64,000 bases of DNA, taken from the NCBI RefSeq assembly GCF_006345805.1, contig NC_043010.1, positions 36,704,001 through 36,768,000 on the forward strand. Direction: 5' to 3'. The notes beneath the pieces were generated by a model. The model searched no databases, was not told the origin of the DNA, and saw only the letters and a list, made by a program, of their open reading frames with translations. A program made the translations under genes and the position numbers. Shown here piece by piece: positions 13,062 to 26,669 of this stretch; the first letter of the stretch is position 1, and each line of letters opens with the position of its first letter. Source of the DNA: Octopus sinensis. Taxonomy: Eukaryota.

Positions 13062-13515
13062 TAGGCGCAAGCGCGGTGTGGTTCAGAAGCTCGCTTTGCA
13101 ACTGCCTCGCCTCTGCTCCGGGCTGAGCAATGTTTTAGGAGTGAATTTTGTACGTGGAACTTATTTGGAATCCCGTTTTATAATTAGGTATTATAACAAG
13201 TTTGCTTCCTAACCACATGGTACAGAGTTCAGTCCCACTGCAGGGTACCTTGGGCAAGTGTCTTCTACTAAAGCCTCGGGCCGGCCAATGCCTTGTGAGT
13301 GGATTTGGTACACGGAAACTGGAAGAAGTCCGTCGGGTATGTGCATATTAGTGTGTGTGTATGTGTGTGTTTACGTCCCTGTAACTTAGCTTTCCGGCAA
13401 AAGAGAACGACAGAATGAGTACCAAACTTAAAAGTGTCGATGTTCCCGACTAAAACTCTCCAAGATTGTGCCCCAGCATGGCCGCAGTCTAATGAGTGGC
13501 ACAAGTAAAAGAAAA
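13062..13515 (+). mobile_element. SINE family 2 (two heads, one body)
   Basis: Similarity to other copies in the window. Confidence 0.7.
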
Positions 13516-13899
13516 CATTAAACATCAATTGCTATAAATGCTAATTTAAGGTACTGAGTCTTTTTTTATTTTATTACTTTTATTTTCCACCGGATGGATC
13601 GTACTCTTCCTTTCCTTAAATTACTGAGCCTGATACAGCCGTTAACATATCTTGTGTCTCTTGCAATCAATCAGGAAACACACAAGACCCTTACTGGTCA
13701 AGCGTTTGTTGGGAGCCGACTGCAGTTGCTAACCATTTGTCCATGAGCATGGAATACTGCATTACATGTTGAACCAGTTGCAGTCTATGATGAAAATGAC
13801 ACTGACCGAGCCAAATATTAAAGTCTGTTCAAAATACTGCGCCCTGTACTAGAGTTCTTCCTGCTGAGGATACGCATACCGGAATATACACACATATAT

Positions 13900-14058
13900 A
13901 CACTCACAGAGTGGTTGGCGTTAGGAAGGGCATCCAGCTGTAGAAACACTGCCAAATCTGACTGGGCCTGATGAAGCCTTCTGGCTTCCCAGACCCCAGT
14001 TAAACCGTCCAACCCATGCTAGCATGGAAAACGGACGCTGAATGATGATGATGATGAT
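13900..14058 (-). mobile_element. SINE-like family 4 with RTE-type tail (...ccatgctagcatggaaaacggacg...(GAT)n)
   Basis: Shared with copies at 20773-21160, 27030-27245, 49560-49895 and 51300-51660. Confidence 0.7.
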
Positions 14059-14059
14059 A

Positions 14060-14365
14060 TAGGTGCAGGCGAGGCTGTGTGGTAAGAAGATTGCTTCCCA
14101 ATCACATGGCTCCGGGTTCAGTTCCCCTGTGTGGCACCTTGGGCAAGTGTCGTCTACTATAAGCCTTGGGCCGACCAGAGCTTTCTAAGCGGATTTGGTA
14201 AACAGAAACTGAAAGAAACCCGTCGTATATGTGTGTGTGTGTGTGCGTGTGTGTCTGTGTTTGTCCCCTTGACAACCAACCGTACCTTAACGGTTCGGCA
14301 AAAGACCTATAGAGTAAGTAGTAGGCTTACAAAGAATAAGCCCAGGGGTCAATTTCTTCGACTAA
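14060..14365 (+). mobile_element. SINE family 2
   Basis: Near full-length match to other copies. Confidence 0.8.
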
Positions 14366-16017
14366 AGTAATATCATTTGCGGAGGATTTTGTATGACAAT
14401 GTTGATAATGTCTTGTGGACTTCTTTCAAAACAAATGGAAACATGTCGATGCCTATAGATGTTGATCACTTCTATGGGTTGATAAAACGAGTACTTTGTT
14501 TTGCGGCATGTAAAAAGATATGTTTAAAAAAAGACCTAGAAAATTACAATGCATCTTTCACGACACTAGATGAAAATCACAAGGAAGTTAAAGTGAAAAG
14601 TATAATGTTGGGAACAACAACAATACTTGGAAGCAAACCTCTGGTTTAGGTGAATTCGCTTCATGCCGAGTGTGAGATTTTGACGTTAGTTTACTCCCTA
14701 ATTTTGTCTGACAATAGGCATTTATCATGTGCCTGCTAGGCACTGACCGATCGAATGACCGGGATTTTGGTAATTATAGAAAACTTGTTTTTTGGAATTG
14801 TATTTCCCAGATCAGGGTGTGTCTAACATACCATATCTTTTTTTTTTTTGAATTCTAGAATTAAATTTCTCAAGTCAGACTGTGTCTACCATGCCGTAAA
14901 ATACATTATGGCAGACGAAGTGTACTCTATGTTAAAGATGAAATATAACCCTATACGAACTTTAAAATTTTGGACCAGAAATGGTCGTACCTCCATCTTA
15001 ACACTTTAATTCCGAAAGAAAACTGGATATATTTCCACCATGGCACTCTGAACTTGTGACATTGACAAAAGAAAGAAAAAAAAACAAGAAAAAAAACTAA
15101 GGAATTTTGCAAGAAAATCATAATCAATAGAAATAACCTCAATACATGTGTGGTACGCCTTTTATTAATCCTGGTTAGACGTTGCCAGCAATATTTTTAT
15201 TTCAGAACTAGTGACAAATGACTCTAAATGTTACAAGCAATCCTGTTTGGTGCCCGATCACTTGTCACATGCGCGCGCGTATTATATATGTCATATGAGT
15301 TATATGAGTTGATTTATAGTACTGGTTTTGTGGCAGGGAGGCTCGTTTATAGCTACCAAAGCTATAGCAGTACAAGGAGATGCAAAGAGATACGATACAC
15401 ATTTATATAATGGGGCTTCTTTCAGTTTCCGTCGACCAAATCCACTCAGAAGGCTTTGGTCGGCCCAAACCTATGGAAGACAATTATTCAAGAGTACCAT
15501 GCAGTGGAACTGAACATGAAACCAGGTAGTTTGGAAGCAAACTTCTTACTCACATATCATCATCGTCGTTTTAACGTGCACTTTTCCATGCGTATATGAG
15601 TCAGGCATAGATTGTTTGGGAGCATTTTCTACAGCCGGGTGGCCTTCCGGTCGCTAACCCTCATTCCTCCAAACCCAGATAGGATTCCCATCCCGTAACA
15701 ATGAAAACGAAGGACATCACGATGACACTCTTTTACCACTATCACGCGAAGTCAAGTTACAAGACAGTGACACACACACATATTCTGCTTGAACTTTCCA
15801 GGCCTCAACATGTACCTCCTTGCGACATATATATATTACGACGAGCTACTTTCAGTTTCTGTCGACCAAATCCACATGCTAGGCTTTGGTCAGCCTAAGC
15901 AATAGTAGAAGATACTTGCCTGAGGTGCCACGCAGTGGGACAGAACCTGTAACCATGCGGTTGGGAAGCAAACTCCAAACCATACAGCCGCACCAGGCCC
16001 CCTATACAATACACAAA

Positions 16018-17244
16018 CTGGGTTGGAACAAAAGTTTATACCGGTTTTCAGATTGTGGTGTTTAAACACAGAATTTTGTTTCTCACGCAACAGAAGCATA
16101 TAACATTTTTCTTTTTTCTGAATGGGAACGGTTCAACATGTCTTTCTATGTAATTACTATGTGGATAGTTTATTTCTACTGCTTTTTTTTATTTCTAAAG
16201 TGAAAATGGAGGAAAATGGGATACATTTTCATTATTTGAAGCTTGTATGTTTTGAGAAGGGAAGAAGAAAAAAAAAAAAAAATCGCTGTACAAAGCGCAA
16301 AAAAAGATTGTACAATTTATGGGGATGGCGTCATAGCTGAGAGGACTGTTCGTAAGTGATTCGCTAGGATTAGGTGTGAAAATGTTGATCTGAGGTCTAA
16401 ACTTGATGATGACCAAACAGAAATACTAATCAGAAATGATACAGATGACACGACACAAAACATTGTAGAGATACTCACCATACCTCGTAAGCGTTATAAG
16501 GAATCTAAAACACTTGAATATGTGAATTGTTATAATGTCTAGATGTCTCAGAATGTAACGGGAAGAAAAATTATAGACTGCATTTCAATTTGCAGTTCTC
16601 TCTCTAAATGCAACAGAAACGATGCATTTTTGGAACAGAACAATCGTATGGAACAAAAAGGTTCTGGACAAGACAAAATTAATCAATTAACCACATTTAA
16701 TTACTCCAAAAGTACATCACAAAGTGATACTCTGCATTTAGTGGGATTGGAAGAGCATTGTCTATTGCGAGCACCTTCTACAGAATTGGACGTTGAATTC
16801 AATTATTGCGTCCAATTAGACCGATTAAAGGAGATAATCGATGAAAAACATTCAGAATTGGTAAATCCTCCTTCAAGATAACGCTAGACTACACCTTTCC
16901 TTGCAGACCCGACAGAAGTTGGTCCATCTTAGCTGAGATGTCCTACCGCACCCAACCTGACCGTGCACCTTCGGATTACAGTTTCTTTCGATTCTTACAA
17001 AATTATTTTAAAGGAAAGAACTTCGTTTCTTTGGAAAACTGTAAAAACTACCAAGACATATTCATGATGACCCTAAGAAGATACAAAGTTCTGGGAGGAT
17101 GGAATCATGAAGCTGCCTCGAAGACGGCGAAAGGTAGAGGGGCAAACTGGGACAAATGTGGCTGAACAAAAAGAAGGCATAAATATCGAAATACTGTTTT
17201 CTAGTTTTACTTAATAAACAGTATAAACTTTTGTTCCAACACAA
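16018..17244 (+). mobile_element. Decayed near full-length mariner element
   Basis: TIRs TGGGTTGGAACAAAAGTTTATAC and GTATAAACTTTTGTTCCAACACA about 1.23 kb apart. Fragments MEENGIHF..., IDCISICSSL, and PSDYSFFRFLQNYFKGKNF..LENCKNY. Confidence 0.85.
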
Positions 17245-17959
17245 TGTGCGTTTGTGCTTGCGTGTGTGTGTGTGTGTGTGTGTGTGTAGCCATGCTTTTA
17301 GGTACCCTAAGTCAGTATGAGAACTAGATATAGTAATCAAAAAGAATCATAATAAAATATTTTGTAGGTTGGATTTGAGCCTAAGACCACTAAATAACCA
17401 AAATACTGGCATTCAAGATAACCTGCATCTCAATTGGAAACTGGGATTTAGGAAAGGTAAAATGCAGAGGAAGTAAGTGCAAAGCGAAATCAAAAGTTAC
17501 CAACTAAATATACACTACTTTCAAATCTGTCCCTATCTCAACCGTCTGTCGCTTTCCCTTAAACCCACCCAACCTTTGTCGATTTTCTACCCCTGTTCTT
17601 TCTCTGTCCACCGTCATGTACCTTGAATGTTACACCCCGACATCTCATCACGGCCAACATTTCTTTTTCTGACGGGAGTAGACATCCCTGTCCCTCGTAT
17701 TTTAACTACTCTATGCCTAGCACGAAGAACCTCTCTCAATACTACACACCAACTCTGTTAAGGGGTTTCGTCTTGTGAGTTAGTTGCTAACTTCTTTAGT
17801 GTTTGTGTCATGAAATTAAATTTTTTTAAAAAGCACCTAGTACAGTGTGTAAAATGTGTGGCCGTTAGGAAGTATATCCACCCATACAAAATATAGGATA
17901 AAAATTCCTTCCGGAAACATAATATACTAATGGGACCAGTTCCTCGATTTCTGAGGCGT

Positions 17960-18155
17960 ATATTTTTCCCTTCCCCAAGATGGGACGCAAGTCCATAACA
18001 AGAGTACTTATTTTTACCAGTTGAATGCACCGCAGCAACATGAAATAAAGTGTTTTGCTGCAGAACACAACGCATCACCATGTCCAGGAATCGAGATCAA
18101 CATCCTACGATCAGGAGCCTGACACCTGTAACCACTAAGCCATGCACCTTCTCTC
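17960..18155 (-). mobile_element. tRNA-derived SINE (CORE-like central region)
   Basis: Head ggtgcatggcttagtggtta...gatctcgattcctgg, followed by gcgttgtgttc...aacactttatttcatgttgct. Confidence 0.6.
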
Positions 18156-19049
18156 TTAGACTGCATCAGAAAAGTCAGATCCAGTCGAATGATCCAATGC
18201 ATGCCAGCATGGAAAACGGACGTTAAATGGCGATGACGATGATAGAATTTCTAGAAATAAAGTTAAATAGTATGCCTGTGAGTCTTGAATTAAGAATGGT
18301 AGTTGTAACCATTCGTGTATATTTGATCTTGTTTTGTAGTCTTCATCCCTATACGTTCTTCTCTGCCAATGTAGATATAATTACAAAATTGATTTTTTAG
18401 AAAAAATTTTCACAGAAAAAAAAAAGAGCCTACAGCCAAAATTTTCATGAGCTGCATTAGAAAAATGGAAAGTTGTTTCATGAGGTGATGCCCCAGCATG
18501 GCCTTAATCAATGATGCTCAGATGAAGTTAAAGAACATGTTGAAAAGACGATCACAAATTATCTCCCTTGTCTCTAGAAGTCAAAAGTCATTTCGGCAAC
18601 GTTATAATGTGAACACTGCCATTGTTTCTTCGATTATTGTTATTGTTATTGTGATAAAATCTCATACTGGAACAAGGTCATAAGCCACTGTACTGAAGTA
18701 GTGCTTTATTGGTATAGAATTTATTTACTATTACAACGATGGCAGCCAAAGATGAGCCTGGAAAACAAAGAAAAAGTTTTTTCATTTCTTTCAAAATCTC
18801 ACTAATGACTTCTAATGTAGCCACACAATAAAACACTTTTAGTTGGAACCAACTGGTTAAATCAATCATTTATAGTTAAACAGGTGTCACTTTATCTGAC
18901 CAAAGAGGGTAAAACGCAATGTCGATGACACGGAGGTTTGGGACTCAGAAAAACAACGGGAGGTAACCAAACAGGAGCCAGAATGATGTCGATGTTAACG
19001 ATAATCATTTTGGAACACGAGAAAACGAATAATATCGAAGATAGGCTTA

Positions 19050-21376
19050 ACTGAACCTCAACACATGACTGGTACTTATTTCATCAATCCTAGAAAAATG
19101 AAATACAAAAACCAATTGTAATTAAGTTCTAAGGACCACAGATTAAAGAAAATGAACAGAACCAACATCCATCGACAAGGTTGCCAAAGCAACGAAAAAT
19201 TTGGAAGAAAAATATAATGAGTGGAAATCGAACCAGTGAGTGTGTTAGATAATAAGGCATTAAGACAGTATGACTCTCCCCAGACACGACAAAAAACAGA
19301 AGAATTTTACCAGTTCTATCATACTAGTGAATGCAATTGATAGAGGCACTAGGCTCTATCATTTCAACCCCAGTAAATGACTGGTATTTTATCAGTCATA
19401 GGAATGTGGTCATGAATAAGTATTGTAAAAGCATTCTGCCCAAAACCAAAAATGCCTTTTATGCAATAACGGCTTCATATTTTGGTACAAGGCCAGCAAT
19501 TTTGAGGGTGGGGCTAAAGTGATTACATCAACCCCATTGTGCAACAGGTACTTATTTTATCGACCCTGGAAGGATGAAAGGCAAAGTCAACCCTGGCGGA
19601 ATTTGAACTCAGAATGTAAAATAGATGAAATCGCGCTAAGATTTTCACTGTCTCACGTTTCAGTCATTTGACTGTGGCCATGCTGGAGCACCACCTTTAG
19701 TCGAGCAAATCGACCCCAAGACTTATTCTTTCTAAGCCTAGTACTTATTCTATCAGTCTCTTTTGCCGAACCGCTAAGTTACAGGGACATAAACATACCA
19801 GGATCGGTTGTCAAGTGATGTGGGAGGGAAAAACACAGACACACAAACATATATATATATAGACACATATGTACAATGGGCTTCATTCAGTTTCTGTCTA
19901 CCAAATCCACTCACAAGGCTTTGGTCAGTCTGAGGCTGTTGGAGAAGACACTTGCACAAATTTGAACCTGGAACCATGTGGTTGGTAAGCAAGCTACTTA
20001 CCACGCCTATATGCCTTTTATGTAATAATAATAATTTCAAATTTTAGCACAAGGCCAACAATTTCGGGGGAGAAAGTCATTTTCACCATCAAACCCAGTT
20101 CACAAATGGTATTTAGTTCCTCAACCCCCAAGAGGATGAAAGGCAAAGTCGACCTCAGGAGAATTTGAACTCAGAATGTGAAGCTAGACAAAAATCTGCT
20201 AAGAATTTTGCCCAGAGTGCTAACACTTTCGCCATCTCACCACTTTACTACTACTACCAATAGTAAAGATAATGATTTCAAATTTTTGGCACAAAGCCAG
20301 CAATTCTGGGAGGGAAGCAGTAAGTCAATTACACGGATCCCAGAGCTCAACTGGTTCTTTTTTTTTTTTCACTGACCTTCAAACGGATTAAAAGGCAAAG
20401 TCGACTGCAGTGAAATTTGAATTCAGGATATGAACTGAGAGAAATGCTATTGAGTGTTTTGTCTGGTTCGCTAAAAATTCTACAAGTTTGCCATCAACCC
20501 CACTTAAAAAACAAACATTAATAATAATAATAATAATAGTAGTAGTTTCAAATTTTGACACAAGGGCAGCAATTTATTTGTGTGTGTGTGGGGGGGGGAA
20601 TAAGTCGATTACATCAATCCCCAGTATCTCACTAGTATTTAATTTATCCACCTCGAGAGGATGAAAGGTGAAGTCGATCTTGGCAGAATTTGAACTCAGA
20701 ACGTAGTGGCAGGCGAAATACTGCTAAACGTTTCATCCAGTGTGCTAACAATTCTGCTAGCTCACTGCCCTATTCATCATCACCGTTTAATGTCTTGTTT
20801 TCCATGCTGGCATGGGTTGGACGGTTTGACTGGGGACTGGTGAGCCAGATGGCTGCACCAGGCTCCAGTCTGATCTAGCTGAGTTTCTACAGCTGGATGC
20901 CCTTCTTCATGCCAACCACTTCGAGAGTGTAGTGGGTCCTTTTACGTGCCATCGGCATGAGGGCTAGTCAGGTGGTACAGGCAACGGCCACACTCAAATG
21001 GCGTTTTTACATGTCACCTGCACAGGGGCCAGTCCAGTGGCACTGTCAACACACTCGCTCGAATGTTGTTTTTCACGTACTACCGACACTGGTAATGATC
21101 ACACTCAAATGGTACTTTTTATGTGCCACCGGCATGGGGGCCAGTCAGCGGCCCTGGCAACAATAATAGTGGTTTTAAAATTTGGCACAGGCCCAGCAGT
21201 TTTTGAGGGGAAGTGGAAATCTATTAGATTGGCTGCAATGGGCTTTATTTTATTGACCTGGGAAGAATGAAGGGAAAAGTCAACCTGAACAGAATTTGAA
21301 CTTAGATCATGAAGCTGCATGAAATGCTAAGCAGCATTTCATCCAGCATGCTGACAATTCTACCAGCCGGCCACCC

Positions 21377-21411
<35 letters not shown>

Positions 21412-22700
21412 CCTTTCTACTATATGCACAAGAGTTCAAATTAGAGGGGAGGGGGATGGTCAATCACAATGACCCCAAAACTTGACTGGTACTTGATTTA
21501 TTAACCTCGAAAGGATGCAAGACAAAGTCAACTTCGGTGGAATTTGAACTCAGAAAATAGTGATGGGCAAAATACTGCTAAGCATTTCGTCCAACATGCT
21601 AACAGTTCTGCCAGCTTGTTAACTTCTTAATAATAGTAATTATTATCCTTTCTACTATAGAGGCACAAGGCCTGAAATTATGGGGGACACAATAAGTCAA
21701 TTACATCAACCCCAGTGTTCAACTGGTACTTAATTTATCGACCCCGAAAGGATGAAAGGCAAAGTCAACTTCAGCAGAAATTGAACTCAGAACACAGTGA
21801 CAGGCAAAATACCACTAATCATTTCGTCCAGCATGCTAATGATTCTGCTAGCTCACGGCCTTCTTAATAATAGAGATAATTATTATTATTTCTACTCTAG
21901 GCACAAGGCCTTGAAAATATTGGGGGTAAGAGGGCTAGTCGATTACATTGACCCCAGTGTGTAACTGGTACTTATTTCATCGACCCCGAAAGATTCGATT
22001 GATAACAGCAGAATCTGAACGCAAGCATAATGACATGAAATCTTGCTCAGCATTTTGCCTAGCATGCTAACCATTCTACTAGCTACCACCCTTAATAATA
22101 ATAATAATGGTTTCACATTTTGGTACAAGGCCAGCAGTTTCAAGGAGAGGGCTACTTGATTACAATGACATCTGTGCACTGCCTTCGGTACATGAACAGG
22201 TGCTTTATTTTACTGACCTCAGAAAGAAAAATAGCAAAGATGGTTTTGGTAGGATTTGAATTCAGAATGAAAGGCGATGCAACAAATGCTGCAGAGTAGT
22301 TTTTCTGTTGCTCTAAAGATTATGTCAATCAACCATGCTCCTATACTACTGCTAATAATAATAATAATAATCCTTTCTACTATAGGCACAAGGCCTGAAA
22401 TTTTAATTGGGTGACTGTCATTTATCGCTTCCAGTGAATCAACAGAGATTTATATATATATATATATATATATATATGTTTCTTTACTACCCACAAGGGC
22501 TAAACATAGAGAGGACAAACAAGGACAGACAAATGGATTAAATTGATTATATCGACCCCAGTGCGTAACTGGTACTTATTTAATCGACCCCAAAAGGATG
22601 AAAGGCAAAGTCGACCTCGGGGGAATTTGAACTCAGAATGTAACGGCAGACGAAATACTGCTAAGCATTTCGCCCGGCGTGCTAACGTTTCTGCCAGCTC
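19050..22700 (-). mobile_element. Array of at least 11 same-strand copies of SINE family 3 (Deu/Nin-domain-like, (TTA)n tails), interleaved with single family 2 and family 4 copies
   Basis: Repeated ~230-nt unit: ...ctgagttcaaattc...gtcgactttgcctttcatcctttcggggtcgat...aagtaccag... separated by (AAT)n. Confidence 0.85.
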
Positions 22701-22703
22701 GCC

Positions 22704-22745
<42 letters not shown>

Positions 22746-23221
22746 CTTTATACATATAGATGTATATAATAATCAGCATATACATGAGAAAAATTGTCAA
22801 AGTCCACTATTTCAAAGACTGGTAATGAAACTAAGGTACAATAGGTGAGAGTATTCTTGAAATACATCAAAATGGAAGAATACAAACTCTGAAATTAGAA
22901 AAAAAAGCATACACAAGAGCAAACAAGAAAACAATAAAGGTAGTACAAATGCCAGTTTTTGGTGTCCAAAGAAATATTGGAGGGGAAAAAAAAGGAGTAA
23001 AAAAAATATTCATCAATACTGTGTAATAAGGTATATCAGCCTCTTAAAATGTGTGTATGCATGTATATACATACATATGCTCACACATGCATATACCAAT
23101 ATATATGCATATAAAAGTACACATGGATATGTATCTATACACATACATGGAAACCTTGTATAAACTGCATATATTTATATATACATTTATAAATATAGAT
23201 ATATACCTGTATGTGTGTGTG

Positions 23222-23261
<40 letters not shown>

Positions 23262-23529
23262 CATACACGCACACACGTATATATATGAATACACATGCAT
23301 ATGTGTGTACACATACAAATATGTCTCTACATATCGTTGCTATTATGTTAAACTGTCGTATGTCCAAATGTGTTTTTTTTTTTTTTTAAACATTCATTTT
23401 TGCTACAATAGCTGGTTCTTTTGGTCAAACTATCATTATCTCCAGCTACTTCAGATTCCAAGATATCAAAAATTGTCTTAGTACAAAGGTTTTGCTATGG
23501 AACAATGAAACTACTTCTCCGTATGTATG

Positions 23530-23567
<38 letters not shown>

Positions 23568-26006
23568 CTCCTTGACATATCATTCTACAAAACATATATT
23601 GAAGGATTTTGTTTTTGCATTGATACAGGCATGTAAGTAATTTATTTATTACTAAATATAATAATATAAATTATTTACATGTCTTTAAGTTACAAAACAA
23701 TTTGTTGCGATATTAGAAATTTGTTATTGTTAAATAAAATTTAATTTGTCATTTATGACTTTATAATTAATAGTGACACAAACAGTATTAATTAATACCA
23801 AAAAGTAATATTTATCGTCCACTAAAAGTGGGGGTTCTGTTAGAACACACAGTACTATGCATATATGCATGACTAGTACATATGAGAAGTTCTCTCATGG
23901 TAAATAACACAGTATTCCATGTTCTAACACAACCTTCATTTTTACTGGAAGATGAAAAATACCATATACTGGATGTGTAGTTTAACACCTGGAGCTGCAG
24001 TAGACATTCCAAGAAATTATCACATGTAGACAACAAATGCTAAGAAACACAGATAATCAGACAATATTTTGTTACCGCCAGCTGTTTTGCATTGTTGTAT
24101 CAAGTGATTTCACCATACTATGTATCATCAGAAGTAGTCAGCCAAACTACATGAGATGATCTCTTAGGACATTTACCACAGTCCAAGTTAGGGTTAGATG
24201 TGCTAATTAATATTCATTACAAAAACTGCTTTATCGCTCATAACAAATACACACTTGCACATAGATGTGAGTTTTAGCAGAAGACATTTGCGTAAAGTAC
24301 CACAGTGAGGCAGAACCCAAAACCATGACATCAGGAAGCAAAACTCTTAAATATACAACTAAGTCTGCACTTTTCTATATACACAGAAAAACATTACCAT
24401 CATCATTATCATCATCAAATAACTGTTTTTCTGATTAGGCAGAGGACTATGTCATGCTCCAATTTTTCCAATGGCTCAATATCCCATCTAATGCCAACCA
24501 CTTAGAGCATACTGCATGCTTTTTCATGTCCCCAGTACTACTGAGGTAGCCACATTTCTCATACGGCTACAGAATCCCCTTTCAACTGACTTGAAGTAGT
24601 TGAGATGGAGCTGGAAAGAAAAGTAAAGGTGGTGGAGATGAAGTGTCAGACATGCCTTTGATGTACAAGAATGTGAATAGAGGGTGGGAATAGAAGATCT
24701 TTCAGTGTGTGCAAGAATATGGAGTAAGTGATGAAGAGAATGCACAAGAGTGTAATAGTAGTAGTAGCTGATGGTAGTTATGTGTTGAGTGGAAAGTGAT
24801 AAGACCGAGTTATGGGGTGTCAAGAGAGAGTGATTTGGGAGTCAGGAGGAGATAACTGGCAGCACAGATACAGTGGCCAATGGAAAATGTCAGTGGAGAG
24901 GAAATGCGTGTAAATACATATGGTATTTATATAGACATGTGTACATACCTGTGTGTGAAAGAGCCTATATACATGTGTACATGTGCAAATCTTTACAATT
25001 ATATATGTACACTACATAAATACATATTTAAGCCTAAGTACACAAGTGTATATAATTGTGTGTGTGTGCACGTGAGTATATAAATATACACACACACAGG
25101 GTGCTCAGGTTAAATTTGATGATTTTTTTAGATCTCCTTTTCTCAGAATAGCCCAGAGCACTAGGGAGCATAAAGATCAAGTTGTATTTGAAAACTGTTA
25201 GCTAACATGGAGGACAGGAACCCATCTGAATGTTGGAATTCATTTAAGGACTACAGGACAAACTGATGGGAGATCTGAGCAAGGGAATCCAGGCTTTGGT
25301 AAGAGAGCTGGGTGTTGGATTCACCACCATGAAGATGGCCCTGTATGAGGATCTTTGCTATCACTCATACAGGAGGTGCAAGGGACAAATTCTGACAGCA
25401 AAGGCCAAGGAGAATTGCTACAGCATCTGGTTGAGCCACAGATGATTTGGTTCTTCTCAGATGAATAGAACTGTCAGGATTAGTTGTACAACAACCAGAA
25501 CAACAGGTGGCTAGCCTACAGTCCATGTGATGTCCCACATGTGATGAACACCAAAGATTCAGCACTTTGCCATACTCTAGAGAAAGGAAGTGCCTATAGA
25601 ATTTCTGCGACTCCAACAGTCCAAATTTCTGGCCTCCTAATTCACCCAATAGTAATCCCATGTGTTACTAGGTGTGGGGTACAATTCACAAAGACACAAA
25701 CAGCTCAGCCTGGAAAAATCAAGGCCAAGATCAAATAGGTATTCAAAGATCTTCCCAGGGACAGGTTCTGGAGTCATGTTGAGGACATGGTGGAAGTTGA
25801 TGGGGGCTACTTTCAGTAAACTATTATCATAGTCCCCTCTATGCTTAGCCCCTTGTGGGCAATAACGAAATAGTAAACTATTATCACCCAACCATGATCT
25901 TGATCTTTTTTCATTTCCTAAAATACTTTTATTTTTAGATAGGACACAGTTTCCTTTCCCTTTCATGCCAACTGTCATATTTAGCACAAACACCTTGTAT
26001 ATACTT

Positions 26007-26047
<41 letters not shown>

Positions 26048-26384
26048 TGTCCTTTCGTATTGATGTATATTCAATCAAAATTTAGCCTTGACCTGTTGGT
26101 ATATTTTGACCAATCACACAATTTAAATCTCCAAAATTTCATTGATAAATAGTGATCAGCTGTGTGTATGAGTTTGTGTATATCCTCTTTTGTATGTGAG
26201 AGGAAGACATATGGACATATACATATTGTATATATTATATTTTGGTAGAAAAAGAGAAAGGAAGATGTACATATGTATTTTATATATTTGGGAGTGTACG
26301 TGTGGTGCATGTACATGCAAACAGATGCATACTATTGAAGTTTAAGAAGTCTGCTTCCAAACCACATAGCCTCAGGTTCATCTA

Positions 26385-26669
26385 GGAAAGTGATAAGACC
26401 GAGTTATGGGGTGTCAAGAGAGAGTGATGTGGGAGTCAGGAGGAGATAACTGGCAGCACAGATACAGTGGCCAATGGAAAATGTCAGTGGAGAGGAAATG
26501 CATGTAAATACATATGGTATTTATATAGACATGTGTACATACCTGTGTGTGAATGAGCCTATATACATGTGTACAAGTGCAAATCTTTACAATTATATAT
26601 GTACACTACATAATTATATATGTACACTACATAAATACAGATCTTTATGTACACTACATAAATACATAT
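26385..26669 (+). repeat. Local duplication of 24791-25027 inserted into a family 2 SINE
   Basis: About 98% identity to the source, with extra internal tgtacactacata iterations; ttcatctagg at both junctions. Confidence 0.9.

Noticed and set aside
19050-22700. Regularly spaced repeats superficially like a CRISPR array
   Set aside because: Units are ~230-nt diverged SINEs with microsatellite linkers in a eukaryotic genome, with no cas genes.
25637-25993. 118-aa minus-strand ORF (…PQGAKHRGDYDNSLLKV…)
   Set aside because: It sits among decayed repeat fragments, has no supported splice structure, and I cannot assign a family.
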